NCBI GenBank assembly: GCA_002840905.1
Contig: PHDD01000004.1
Location: forward strand, 102,921-166,920
DNA length: 64,000 nucleotides
Source of the DNA: Bacteroidetes bacterium HGW-Bacteroidetes-4
GTDB taxonomy: Bacteria > Bacteroidota > Bacteroidia > Bacteroidales > SZUA-534
Direction of reading: 5' to 3'
Made by a program: the position numbers and the translations under genes. A model generated the notes under the pieces. That model saw only the letters and a list, made by a program, of their open reading frames with translations. It searched no databases and was not told the DNA's origin. This document shows positions 49,072-58,167 of the stretch, piece after piece (position 1 is the first letter of the stretch; each line of letters starts with the position of its first letter).

Positions 49072-49732
49072 AGTCTCTAAGGTCAATCACTTCTACTCCG
49101 GGATAATCCTTAGGAGAAAAAACAAAATCACTGTCTTTTACTTTTTTATCGAGTTTTATCGATGTAAATTTCAATAGAATCCGTGTTCCATCTTTCTGGA
49201 AGTATTTTAAGGCATTCAGTTCGTCTTGTGGTGTAATCCAGCAACGTATCTTAAAATAGGGCTTACTAATGTCTTCAGGCGTTAAATCAATCAAATTATA
49301 ATTCATACCATCAACCGTTTCAGTTCCGGAAAGGGTATATTTAAAACCTTTCTCGTAAAGGGTATATAACGACATCGGGTCATTCATAAAGCGCTCTTCA
49401 GGTTCCAATTCGTCTGATTCAATTACTGCCGAAATGTTCACTTCGTTACTTTCTTCCAGATACACCCATCGGCTTTTTCCATCGCTAAAGGTAATGGTGC
49501 CATCAATTTGCATTTTAAATTTATTTCCCTTTATCAGAACGCTTCCCTTGTAATTCTCTTTGGAATTGGTTTGACCGTTTTCAAGGGTGTACTCAAATTC
49601 AACATCAATCGATTTATAGGTTTGGGCTTTGTTGGCCATAGCTTTTAATAAAGCCTCTGCTGCGGGATCTTTTTGTGCGGTAATTGTCCCTACAAAAAGC
49701 GTAAAAACACTGATTATTAAATATTTTATCAT
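49070..49732 (-). CDS. lolA: LolA-like outer-membrane lipoprotein carrier protein
   Basis: 220 aa, signal peptide, beta-rich half-barrel-type sequence. Lies immediately downstream of ftsK (24-nt gap), a common Bacteroidota arrangement. Confidence 0.6.
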   Translation of the reverse strand: MIKYLIISVFTLFVGTITAQKDPAAEALLKAMANKAQTYKSIDVEFEYTLENGQTNSKENYKGSVLIKGNKFKMQIDGTITFSDGKSRWVYLEESNEVNISAVIESDELEPEERFMNDPMSLYTLYEKGFKYTLSGTETVDGMNYNLIDLTPEDISKPYFKIRCWITPQDELNALKYFQKDGTRILLKFTSIKLDKKVKDSDFVFSPKDYPGVEVIDLRD

Positions 49733-49756
49733 AAATAATTTATTTTAATGCTGATT

Positions 49757-52309
49757 TTATTTGTTCAATCCATTCAATAATTGTTCCAAAGAATATTCGT
49801 CGGGAATTAGAACCTGGCGCGCCTTGCTCCCTTCGAAAGAGCCTACTACTCCCGCTGCTTCCAATTGGTCTATAATACGACCCGCTCTGTTGTAACCAAT
49901 TGAGAACTTTCGTTGAATTAAGGAAGTAGAACCTTGCTGATTTGCCACAATTATACGGGCAGCATCATCGAATAAAGCATCACGTTTCGACAAATCTACA
50001 TCGCCCAAATCACTGCCCGAATCCTCACCCACATATTCGGGCAAAGGATAAGGACCCGGATAACTTTGCTGTCCCTGAATATAATTTACTATCGATTCAA
50101 GTTCCGGTGTATCAATAAATGCACATTGCAGCCTTACCATTTCGCTGCCCTGTGAGATGAGCATGTCACCCCGACCAATCAGCTGATTAGCACCCGGGGA
50201 ATCGAGAATGGTACGCGAATCCATCATACTGGTAACCCTAAAAGCAATCCGTGCCGGGAAGTTAGCCTTAATTAAACCGGTAATAATATTGGTAGTTGGC
50301 CGTTGTGTGGCAATTATCAAATGAATACCAATGGCCCGGGCTAACTGTGCCAAACGCGCTATGGGCAACTCAACTTCTTTACCGGCTGTCATAATAAGGT
50401 CGGCAAACTCATCGATTACCACCACAATATAAGGTAGGAAATGGTGCCCTTTCTGAGGATTCAACTTGCGCCCGATAAACTTGGCATTATACTCCTTAAT
50501 ATTGCGTACCTGTGCTTCCTTAAGCAAATCGTATCGGTTATCCATTTCGATGCAAAGCGAATTCAATGTATTAACCACTTTTAACGTGTCGGTGATTATG
50601 GATTCCTCGGAATCGGGCAATTTGGCCAAAAAGTGATTTTCCAGTTTTTGATACAGGGTGAGTTCCACTTTCTTTGGATCGACCAAAACCAGCTTTAATT
50701 GCGCAGGGTGTTTTTTATATAGTAACGAAGTTAAAATAGCATTCAGCCCTACGGATTTTCCCTGGCCTGTAGCTCCGGCTACCAGAAGGTGGGGCATTTT
50801 TGTCAAATCAACTACAAAAGTTTCGTTCGATATGGTTTTACCTAAAGCAATAGGCAGTTCAAATTTTGATTCCTGAAAACGCTTCGACGAAATAATGGTG
50901 CGCATGGCCACCACTTCGGGTTTCAGGTTGGGCACCTCAATCCCCACGGTTCCCCTTCCGGGGATGGGTGCAATAATACGAATACCCAAAGCTGCCAGGC
51001 TCAGGGCAATATCGTCTTCGAGGTTCTTTATTTTTGAAATACGCACACCCGGAGCGGGAACAATCTCGTAAAGGGTAATGGTGGGGCCAACAATAGCTTT
51101 AATCTTATCAATCTGAATTTTATAATTGGCCAGAGTTTCAACAATCCGGTTTTTGTTGCTGTGCAATTCATCTTCCGAAACACTTACATTGCCCGCATTG
51201 TGCTCAACCAACAACTCAATGGGAGGCAGTTTGTAATGCGACAAATCCATGGTGGGATCGTAATCGCCCTGAGGTTTGTCGCCAATATGCTTAACCGGCG
51301 CATCATCGTCGCTGGTTCGGTTTTCTATCGACAGCTCAATCTCATCATCGGTTGGAGTCTCTTTTTCATGTTTCACAGACTGTTCCTGAGTTTCCTGTGC
51401 GTTTTCCACAACCTTAATCTCGATCGTTTCCAGATTGTCGAACGGATCGTTATCGTCCGATGGTTCTGCTTTGTTTATTCCTTCGTCGGGCGTTAATGAT
51501 TCTTCCTGGCGAGTAGTATAATCCACAATAAAGGAATCGTCATCATCCGAATCCTCTTCAACAGGCTGAATCTGAACTTCATTTTCCACTTCATCGTTTT
51601 GGGGAAGTATTGCTGTTGCGGGTTCCGGTTCCTTTTCTTCAGGAATATTTATTAACACCTCATCGTCAGGGTTTAATCGGGTGTCAATTACACGGGCTTC
51701 GAATACTGACTTTATAAGCGCACGAACACCACCAATAAAGCCCTCAAATAAAAAGGCCAGGTAAGCAAACAAAACAATGGCGAGTAAAAACCCGGTTCCA
51801 ATGTTCCCGATTAAGGAAATGAACCAGTTGCTTAAAAAATAGCCATGGGCTCCACCGGGGACAAAATCGGACGAGCGAAATATAAAGCCCAGACTAACCG
51901 ACAACCATAAGGTTGCCACCAATACATATTTTGTAGTACGTTTTAGCGGAAGCAGGCGGTAACCCAGCAAGCGGATACCCAACAAAGCCATTAGAAATAC
52001 AAAACTCAGCGAAGCCACACCAAACCAATCGTGCATAAATTTGTGGGCAAACAGCGCACCCAGTTTGCCCGACCAGTTCTCGACGACCAGTTCAGCATTT
52101 TTAAATAATTCAATCAGTGACAGATCGAGTTTGCTTTGGTCGATTTGCCAGGTAAAAAAATACGACACAAAGGCAAACAGCAAGTAAACAGCCAAAGAAA
52201 TCAGAAAAACACCTACAATAATCTTTACCCGCTCGTCGTTGGCTAAACTTTTTCCTTTTACTGTTTTTCGTTCTCCACCTTTTCCTGGTGTTTTTTTCTT
52301 ATCGGCCAT
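49757..52309 (-). CDS. ftsK: DNA translocase FtsK/SpoIIIE
   Basis: Four N-terminal TM helices, acidic low-complexity linker, motor domain with Walker A GATGQGKS and Walker B VVVIDEFADL, C-terminal gamma winged helix (STSLIQRKFSIGYNRAGRIIDQLE). Confidence 0.95.
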   Translation of the reverse strand: MADKKKTPGKGGERKTVKGKSLANDERVKIIVGVFLISLAVYLLFAFVSYFFTWQIDQSKLDLSLIELFKNAELVVENWSGKLGALFAHKFMHDWFGVASLSFVFLMALLGIRLLGYRLLPLKRTTKYVLVATLWLSVSLGFIFRSSDFVPGGAHGYFLSNWFISLIGNIGTGFLLAIVLFAYLAFLFEGFIGGVRALIKSVFEARVIDTRLNPDDEVLINIPEEKEPEPATAILPQNDEVENEVQIQPVEEDSDDDDSFIVDYTTRQEESLTPDEGINKAEPSDDNDPFDNLETIEIKVVENAQETQEQSVKHEKETPTDDEIELSIENRTSDDDAPVKHIGDKPQGDYDPTMDLSHYKLPPIELLVEHNAGNVSVSEDELHSNKNRIVETLANYKIQIDKIKAIVGPTITLYEIVPAPGVRISKIKNLEDDIALSLAALGIRIIAPIPGRGTVGIEVPNLKPEVVAMRTIISSKRFQESKFELPIALGKTISNETFVVDLTKMPHLLVAGATGQGKSVGLNAILTSLLYKKHPAQLKLVLVDPKKVELTLYQKLENHFLAKLPDSEESIITDTLKVVNTLNSLCIEMDNRYDLLKEAQVRNIKEYNAKFIGRKLNPQKGHHFLPYIVVVIDEFADLIMTAGKEVELPIARLAQLARAIGIHLIIATQRPTTNIITGLIKANFPARIAFRVTSMMDSRTILDSPGANQLIGRGDMLISQGSEMVRLQCAFIDTPELESIVNYIQGQQSYPGPYPLPEYVGEDSGSDLGDVDLSKRDALFDDAARIIVANQQGSTSLIQRKFSIGYNRAGRIIDQLEAAGVVGSFEGSKARQVLIPDEYSLEQLLNGLNK

Positions 52310-52474
52310 GAATTGTAGTTTAATTAGGCAAAAATAACATGTTTAATCAATTAATAAAAAACGGGGAGGCTTTTAATTTTAATGCCTTCAACCTAAGCAT
52401 TCGTATTTAACCTTTGGGTAAGCCTTACCTATTTCCCGACCGGGTTTTATTTACAGCTCAGGGAAAGTTAACGC

Positions 52475-53161
52475 CTACTTTAGCGCAGAGAATATTTCGT
52501 CGATGCTGGCTTTGGGAACTTCTTCAAACCCTTCGGGAATCTCAAATATGGCATCCGGTATTTCACGTTCGATCACTTCAACCGCCTCAAGATACATGGC
52601 TATTCCGTTAACTTCAATCTGAAAAGCCATAAGCACTCCCGGAATTTCGAAATAGGGAGTTTGGGCATTGGGCTCTTTAATGGCTATTTGCCGGGTATAA
52701 TAAATGCTAAAGGTTTCAGCCCCATTATTTACCGACACTCTGGCATGTTTGCATTTAAAATCGAGTATATCCCGTACTTCATTATCAAAGGCAACATCAA
52801 CCGAATGATAGGTATCCATACCCATGAACTGCGTAGTTTCGGTAGAGGTATAGTAATAACGCTTGCTCATCATCTTGAGCAGGTTTACCGACTTCTGCTT
52901 CTCGTATTGCCGGATAAAGGTCGATTTAAAAACACCCATCCATCCTTCTACGTCCATTCGCACCGAGTTATTCTTAAACTGCATGGTCAGATAACCCGGC
53001 ATCAGACTTATAATGGGATTATCCTTCTCCGACTGTAGGTAGGTTATTTTGTAACGGATTGAACCTTCGTCAATACCGTTTTGCCCTAACTTGAGCTGAC
53101 ATGAGACCGATAAAAGAGCTACAACAACAATTACCAACAACAACTTAAGCCTCGACTGCAT
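52475..53161 (-). CDS. Hypothetical lipoprotein (228 aa)
   Basis: Lipobox ..ALLSVSC. Beta-rich. No motif I can name. Confidence 0.5.
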   Translation of the reverse strand: MQSRLKLLLVIVVVALLSVSCQLKLGQNGIDEGSIRYKITYLQSEKDNPIISLMPGYLTMQFKNNSVRMDVEGWMGVFKSTFIRQYEKQKSVNLLKMMSKRYYYTSTETTQFMGMDTYHSVDVAFDNEVRDILDFKCKHARVSVNNGAETFSIYYTRQIAIKEPNAQTPYFEIPGVLMAFQIEVNGIAMYLEAVEVIEREIPDAIFEIPEGFEEVPKASIDEIFSALK

Positions 53162-53480
53162 AAACGAATAGGGTAAACTGAGTTAGGGTATTCATAGAAA
53201 TGACTTGTAAGCGTACTTTTTACTGATAGTTTAGTTGACACTGCAAAACAAATATAGATAAAATATTAAGCCTACAAAACTCAATTAATTAACACTTCAG
53301 TAATTGGTTCGTTTCAATCCTCGAAAATGCCTGATTCTCTGCTTTTTTCTTTAGTTAATCATGAAACCGCTGTTTCAAAAACATGTTTAATAAAATAGTT
53401 GAGCTTAATACATTGAATTTATGGTATTTAATCATATTTATATGCCGGTAAAAAGCGCAGTAACCTATCAAAAAATAGTT

Positions 53481-53488
53481 TAGATTTG
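53481..53488 (+). promoter_or_regulatory. Candidate -7 promoter box (TAnnTTTG)
   Basis: TAGATTTG lies 37 nt upstream of ATG 53525. Confidence 0.3.
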
Positions 53489-53524
53489 CAGTTCCTGAAA
53501 ATTTGATATTTAATACAAAATACT

Positions 53525-54499
53525 ATGAACAAACTAGCTGTAATTGCTTTAGGAGGAAACGCCCTTTTGCGGGGTGACCAGGCAGGCACCATTGAAGAAC
53601 AAGAAGATAACGCCACGGAAACTTTTGAAAACCTGGTATACCTCTTTAAAGAAGGATACAACGTAATTTTTGCACACGGAAACGGCCCCCAGGTTGGAAA
53701 CATTCTGATGCGCAACGATGCCGGTGAACAACTCTACGGAATTCCACAGATGCCTTTGGATATCTGCGTAGCTGACTCTCAGGGTGGCATTGGCTTTATG
53801 TTGGAACGTTGCCTTTTAAATGTATTGCGTAAACACAACATCAAACGCAATATTATTACTTTGGTAACCCAGGTAATGGTCGATAAAAACGATCCGGCAT
53901 TTCAAAACCCTACCAAACGAGTGGGTAAAATCTATACCAAAGAAGAGGCTGAAAAGCTGACTGCCGATAAAGGCTGGATTTTTAAAGAAGAAGTAAAAGC
54001 CCATGGCGGATGGCGCCGTGTGGTTCCCTCACCCAAACCTCTTGACTTTTTCAACTCCGAAACCGTAGAACAAATGGCCCGCGAAGGAAACATTGTAATT
54101 ACTGTGGGTGGCGGTGGTGTGCCGGTTTACATCGACGAGGAAAACCGTGTACGTCCGCTCGATGCAGTAATTGACAAGGATTTGGCTGCCGCCATGGTGG
54201 CAAAAAAAGTTAACGCCGAAGAATACTATATTTTAACCGACGTGCCTTTTGTGTACCTGAACTACAAAAAACCCGATGAAAAGGTGCTGGAATTCCTGAA
54301 CTACGCTGATGCCCAAAACTACCTGGAGCAGGGTGTGTTTGGCGAAGGCAGTATGGCCCCAAAAATTAACGCTTGTCTTGATTTCGTAAAACAAGGGGGA
54401 CAAAAAGCTGTAATTACCGAAGCCCGTAAACTTCAGGACAAAAGCTATGGTACCAAAATTACCATGGAATACGATGAAGCCGATTTAAAGAAAAAGTAA
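53525..54499 (+). CDS. arcC: Carbamate kinase
   Basis: VIALGGNALL, AHGNGPQVG and ITVGGGGVPV are the classic amino-acid-kinase/carbamate-kinase signature. Confidence 0.9.
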   Translation: MNKLAVIALGGNALLRGDQAGTIEEQEDNATETFENLVYLFKEGYNVIFAHGNGPQVGNILMRNDAGEQLYGIPQMPLDICVADSQGGIGFMLERCLLNVLRKHNIKRNIITLVTQVMVDKNDPAFQNPTKRVGKIYTKEEAEKLTADKGWIFKEEVKAHGGWRRVVPSPKPLDFFNSETVEQMAREGNIVITVGGGGVPVYIDEENRVRPLDAVIDKDLAAAMVAKKVNAEEYYILTDVPFVYLNYKKPDEKVLEFLNYADAQNYLEQGVFGEGSMAPKINACLDFVKQGGQKAVITEARKLQDKSYGTKITMEYDEADLKKK

Positions 54500-54556
54500 A
54501 AACATTAACTTAGCAATTAAAAAAACAGTAGGACTAATTTTTTAAACTATACAACT

Positions 54557-55558
54557 ATGGCTTACAATTTAAGAAACCGTCATTTTTTAAAACTTCTGGA
54601 CTTTAGTCCAAAGGAAATCAAATACCTGCTCGACCTTTCGGTTGACCTGAAAAAGGCCAAATACGCAGGAACAGAGCAACAGCGCCTAAAAGGTAAAAAC
54701 ATTGCCTTAATTTTCGAAAAAGCGTCGACCCGTACCCGCTGTGCTTTTGAAGTGGCAGCTTTCGACCAGGGAGCGCACGTAACCTACCTGGGCCCTTCAG
54801 GTTCGCAAATCGGACAAAAAGAAAGTATGGCCGATACCGCCCGTGTTTTAGGCCGCATGTACGATGGCATTGAATACCGCGGTTACGGACAGGACATTGT
54901 GGAAGAACTGGCCAAATACGCCGGGGTTCCCGTATGGAATGGCCTGACCAACGAATTCCACCCCACACAAATTCTGGCCGACTTCCTAACCATGATGGAA
55001 CACAGCGACAAACCCCTGCATCAGGTTAAATTTGCCTATTTGGGCGATGCCCGCAACAACATGGGCAACTCTCTGCTGATTGGTGCTGCCAAAATGGGCA
55101 TGGATTTCCGTTCCGTAGCTCCCAAATCGGTTCAACCCGATGCCGAACTGGTGGCCAAAGCCCTGGAAATTGCCAAAGAAACCGGCGCTAAAATTACTGT
55201 CACCGATAAAGTAGCCGAAGGCGTTAAAGATTGCGACTTCCTTTACACCGACGTTTGGGTAAGCATGGGTGAACCCGACAGTGTTTGGGTGGAGCGCATC
55301 AAACTACTGAAACCCTACCAGGTGAATATGGATGTAATTAAAGCCACCGGCAACCCCAAGGTTAAGTTTATGCACTGCTTACCGGCTTTCCACAACCGTA
55401 AAACCAAAGTGGGCGAAGAAATCTTCCAGAAGTTTGGTCTCAATGGTATGGAAGTTACCGAAGACGTGTTCGAAAGCGAGCACAGCATTGTGTTCGACGA
55501 AGCCGAAAACCGTATGCACACCATTAAAGCGGTAATGGTTGCCACATTGGGCCAATAA
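54557..55558 (+). CDS. argF: Ornithine carbamoyltransferase (ArgI/ArcB type; catabolic role likely from context)
   Basis: [25 protein letters not shown] and [10 protein letters not shown] motifs. The C-terminus [34 protein letters not shown] is near-identical in pattern to enterobacterial OTC. Confidence 0.9.
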   Translation: MAYNLRNRHFLKLLDFSPKEIKYLLDLSVDLKKAKYAGTEQQRLKGKNIALIFEKASTRTRCAFEVAAFDQGAHVTYLGPSGSQIGQKESMADTARVLGRMYDGIEYRGYGQDIVEELAKYAGVPVWNGLTNEFHPTQILADFLTMMEHSDKPLHQVKFAYLGDARNNMGNSLLIGAAKMGMDFRSVAPKSVQPDAELVAKALEIAKETGAKITVTDKVAEGVKDCDFLYTDVWVSMGEPDSVWVERIKLLKPYQVNMDVIKATGNPKVKFMHCLPAFHNRKTKVGEEIFQKFGLNGMEVTEDVFESEHSIVFDEAENRMHTIKAVMVATLGQ

Positions 55559-55633
55559 AAAAAAATAACGAAGCTCTAAAGTTTCCAGGACATGTTTCAG
55601 GCAAACCCAAAGTGCATCGAAAGTATACTAAAG

Positions 55634-55660
55634 CCACCCCTAAGCCGGGTGGTTTTTTTT
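55634..55660 (+). terminator. Rho-independent terminator
   Basis: CCACCC (55634-55639) / GGGTGG (55647-55652), then T8 (55653-55660). Confidence 0.8.
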
Positions 55661-55730
55661 CTGCTTTTAAATAGCCGTTTTTTATTAACAATAAGGCCTC
55701 CTGGCTTGTTATTCTTTCTAAAGACGGAGC

Positions 55731-55746
55731 TGTATAAAAGCCCGCT
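55731..55746. repeat. 16-nt motif TGTATAAAAGCCCGCT (copy 1), repeated beyond the lysine-rich gene
   Basis: Read directly. It shares TGTATAAAAGC and AAAGCCCGCT with 56078-56098. Confidence 0.7.
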
Positions 55747-55778
55747 ACCACAAAATATTCACTTAAAACGAATGTCTT

Positions 55779-56015
55779 ATGAGCGAGAAAAAAGAGAAAG
55801 CTAAAAAGAAAGAGAAAAAGGCCGAAGTAATTAAAGCCGAGAAGCAAATTACCGAAAGTGGCGAAGCCGCTGCCAAAGTTGAAAAGAAACTTAAAAAAAC
55901 CAAAAAAAACAAAGACCGCGAAAAAACCGCAAAAACCCTGAGCAAAAAGCTCGACGGCGCCATTCAAAAAGTGAAGAAACTTAAAAAGAAACTCAAGAAA
56001 GCAAAAAAGGAGTAA
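55779..56015 (+). CDS. Lysine-rich (32 K of 78 aa) small basic protein, histone-H1-like composition
   Basis: ATG-initiated ORF isolated between two + strand terminators (55634-55660 and 56043-56072). K/E/A-rich, predicted helical. The low-complexity sequence also creates antisense shadow ORFs. Confidence 0.55.
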   Translation: MSEKKEKAKKKEKKAEVIKAEKQITESGEAAAKVEKKLKKTKKNKDREKTAKTLSKKLDGAIQKVKKLKKKLKKAKKE

Positions 56016-56042
56016 GCGGCTTATAACAAAATGTAAGGCTTA

Positions 56043-56072
56043 AACCATCCCCTTGCTGGGATGGTTTTTTTT
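56043..56072 (+). terminator. Rho-independent terminator
   Basis: AACCATCCC (56043-56051) / GGGATGGTT (56058-56066) followed by a T-run to 56072. Confidence 0.85.
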
Positions 56073-56077
56073 ACTTA

Positions 56078-56098
56078 AAGCCCGCTTTGTATAAAAGC
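56078..56098. repeat. Permuted second copy of the motif: AAAGCCCGCT-T-TGTATAAAAGC
   Basis: Read directly. See 55731-55746. Confidence 0.7.
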
Positions 56099-56099
56099 T

Positions 56100-56107
56100 T
56101 ATATTTG
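56100..56107 (+). promoter_or_regulatory. Candidate -7 promoter box (TAnnTTTG)
   Basis: TATATTTG lies 71 nt upstream of ATG 56178. Confidence 0.35.
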
Positions 56108-56177
56108 TGTAAGCTTTACCTTTGGCAAAGTCTTTTAAAAACAGCAAGAAACAAATTACCAACATACCAATAAAACG

Positions 56178-58052
56178 ATGAAGAAAACCGTAGTTATTAT
56201 TTTAAGCCTGCTTGCAGGCGCACTGGCCGCACAGGAGTTACCCGAAAAAGAGGTAAAAACCGACGTAAGTCAGGTAACCGTCTTTATCGATGGGGCACAA
56301 ATAGTACGCAAAAAAACAGTGAACGTACCCGCCGGCAAAACCCTGCTTAAATTTACCCAGCTTTCTCCCTTTATCGATGCACAAAGCGTGCAGGTAAAGG
56401 CCGAGGGGGCATTAACGGTGCTAAGTGTAAACCATCAGCAAAACTATCTGAACAAAGCCGAAAAATCAAAAGAAACGAGCCAGCTTCAGGAGGCCATCGA
56501 TGCCTTGAACGAAAAAATAAACCTGGAACAAACCTACCTTGCAATTCTTAATGAGGAACTGGCCTTTTTGCTCAACAACCGCGACCTGAGCGGAAAAAAC
56601 GAGGCCGTGAACCTACTTACCCTGCAACAAACCGCTGACTTTTTTGGTAAACGCTATACCGCTTTAAAACTGAAAGAGATTGAGCACAACCGTACCATTA
56701 CCGAACTTACCCTGAAGCGCAACGACCTTCAGAAACAACTGAGCACACTGACGCAAAAAAAGGAATTTCCGAGCGGCGAAATCAGCGTAAAGGTTGACGC
56801 CGAGACCCCGGTAAACGCGGTATTTGAACTGACCTACCTGGTAGGCAATGCCGGTTGGTACCCCAGCTACGATATCAGGGCAAAAAACATTGGTGAGCCC
56901 GTGCAACTGGCTTACAAGGCCAATGTTAAACAAGACACCAAAACCGACTGGAACAACGTAAGCCTGAAATTTTCGTCGGCCAACCCCAATGTGTCGGGCG
57001 TGGCGCCAAAACTTAAACCCTATTTTTTAAATTACAATACCCGTCCGCCCAGCTATAAAATAACCTCGAATAAGGTAAGTGGCCGGGTGCTCGATAACGA
57101 TCACCAGCCCCTGCCCGGTGCCACAATAATGGTACAGGGAACAACCATCGGGGCGGTTACCGACATCGACGGCAACTACCGCATCACCATTCCGCAACAG
57201 GCCGAATACCTGGAGTATTCATACATTGGCTTCGATAGCCAAAGCCTGCCCATTCAGGGAAACACCATGCATGTGGTACTGCAACCCGCGCAATTGCAAA
57301 TGGACGAAGTGGTGGTTATGGGCTATGGTGTGGAGGAACGAGCATTTTCGCGACAGCCTGATGGAAGGGCCCCGGGCGTATCACTGTCGGGTAAAAAGGC
57401 TATAAAAAGCAGTTTGTCGCTGCCTACTGCACAAAGCGAGAACCAAACCACCGTCGATTTCGAAATTAAAGTGCCCTACACCATTAAGAGTAATAACAAA
57501 AACTACACGGTCGATATGGAAAGCTACCAACTACCGGCTGCATTTCAGTACTTCAGCATCCCAAAAATAGATAAAGATGCCTTTTTAATTGCCTACCTGG
57601 TCGATTGGGAAAAGTACAACCTGCTGGAGGGCGAAGCCAATGTATTTTTTGAAGATACCTACGTGGGTAAAACCCTGCTCGACGTGCGCTATGCAAGCGA
57701 CACCATGGAACTATCGCTGGGGCGCGACAAGCAGGTTTCGCTTAAGCGCGAAAAGGTGAAAGACCTGAGCACCCGGCAGTTCATTGGCGGTAAAAAGGAA
57801 GAAAGCCGTGCCTGGAAGATTACGGTTCGGAACAACAAAAGCCAAAGCGTAAAAATGACCGTGCTCGACCAGGTTCCCGTATCAACCAATCAGGAAATTG
57901 AAGTACAGTTGCAAAACCTTTCCGGTGGTAAACCCGATGCAGAAACAGGAGAAGTAAAATGGGAATTTGAGCTCAAGCCCGGGGAACAAAAAGTACTCGA
58001 TTTAAAATACGTGGTTAAGTTTCCCAAACAAAAAAACCTGATTGTGGAGTAA
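56178..58052 (+). CDS. DUF4139/DUF4140 (MuiA-like) secreted protein with an internal CarboxypepD_reg-like module
   Basis: Signal MKKTVVIILSLLAGALAAQ. N-terminal VTVFIDGAQIVRKKTVNVPAGKTLLKF, coiled coil, C-terminal EGEANVFFEDTYVGKTLL..LSLGRDKQV..VKMTVLDQVPVS, typical of DUF4139. Residues ~300-390 resemble a SusC N-terminus. Confidence 0.7.
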   Translation: MKKTVVIILSLLAGALAAQELPEKEVKTDVSQVTVFIDGAQIVRKKTVNVPAGKTLLKFTQLSPFIDAQSVQVKAEGALTVLSVNHQQNYLNKAEKSKETSQLQEAIDALNEKINLEQTYLAILNEELAFLLNNRDLSGKNEAVNLLTLQQTADFFGKRYTALKLKEIEHNRTITELTLKRNDLQKQLSTLTQKKEFPSGEISVKVDAETPVNAVFELTYLVGNAGWYPSYDIRAKNIGEPVQLAYKANVKQDTKTDWNNVSLKFSSANPNVSGVAPKLKPYFLNYNTRPPSYKITSNKVSGRVLDNDHQPLPGATIMVQGTTIGAVTDIDGNYRITIPQQAEYLEYSYIGFDSQSLPIQGNTMHVVLQPAQLQMDEVVVMGYGVEERAFSRQPDGRAPGVSLSGKKAIKSSLSLPTAQSENQTTVDFEIKVPYTIKSNNKNYTVDMESYQLPAAFQYFSIPKIDKDAFLIAYLVDWEKYNLLEGEANVFFEDTYVGKTLLDVRYASDTMELSLGRDKQVSLKREKVKDLSTRQFIGGKKEESRAWKITVRNNKSQSVKMTVLDQVPVSTNQEIEVQLQNLSGGKPDAETGEVKWEFELKPGEQKVLDLKYVVKFPKQKNLIVE

Positions 58053-58167
58053 ACCGGCTATATGAACAGGGCTTAGCGTTAAAGCTAAGCCTGCTTTACA
58101 GCTTATACAATGAGCTTTCCTTAATTTTTGCTATACTTGTGTTTTGTTAATTACAAACACAATAAGC

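Noticed and set aside
53428-53731. Minus-strand ORFs (95 and 60 aa) across the arcC start.
   Set aside because: They overlap the well-supported carbamate kinase N-terminus and its AT-rich promoter region, and they carry no motifs.
55524-55967. 147-aa and 66-aa minus-strand ORFs overlapping the lysine-rich gene.
   Set aside because: They are poly-F/L translations of the complement of AAA/AAG-rich DNA. Both terminators flanking the locus are oriented for + strand transcription.
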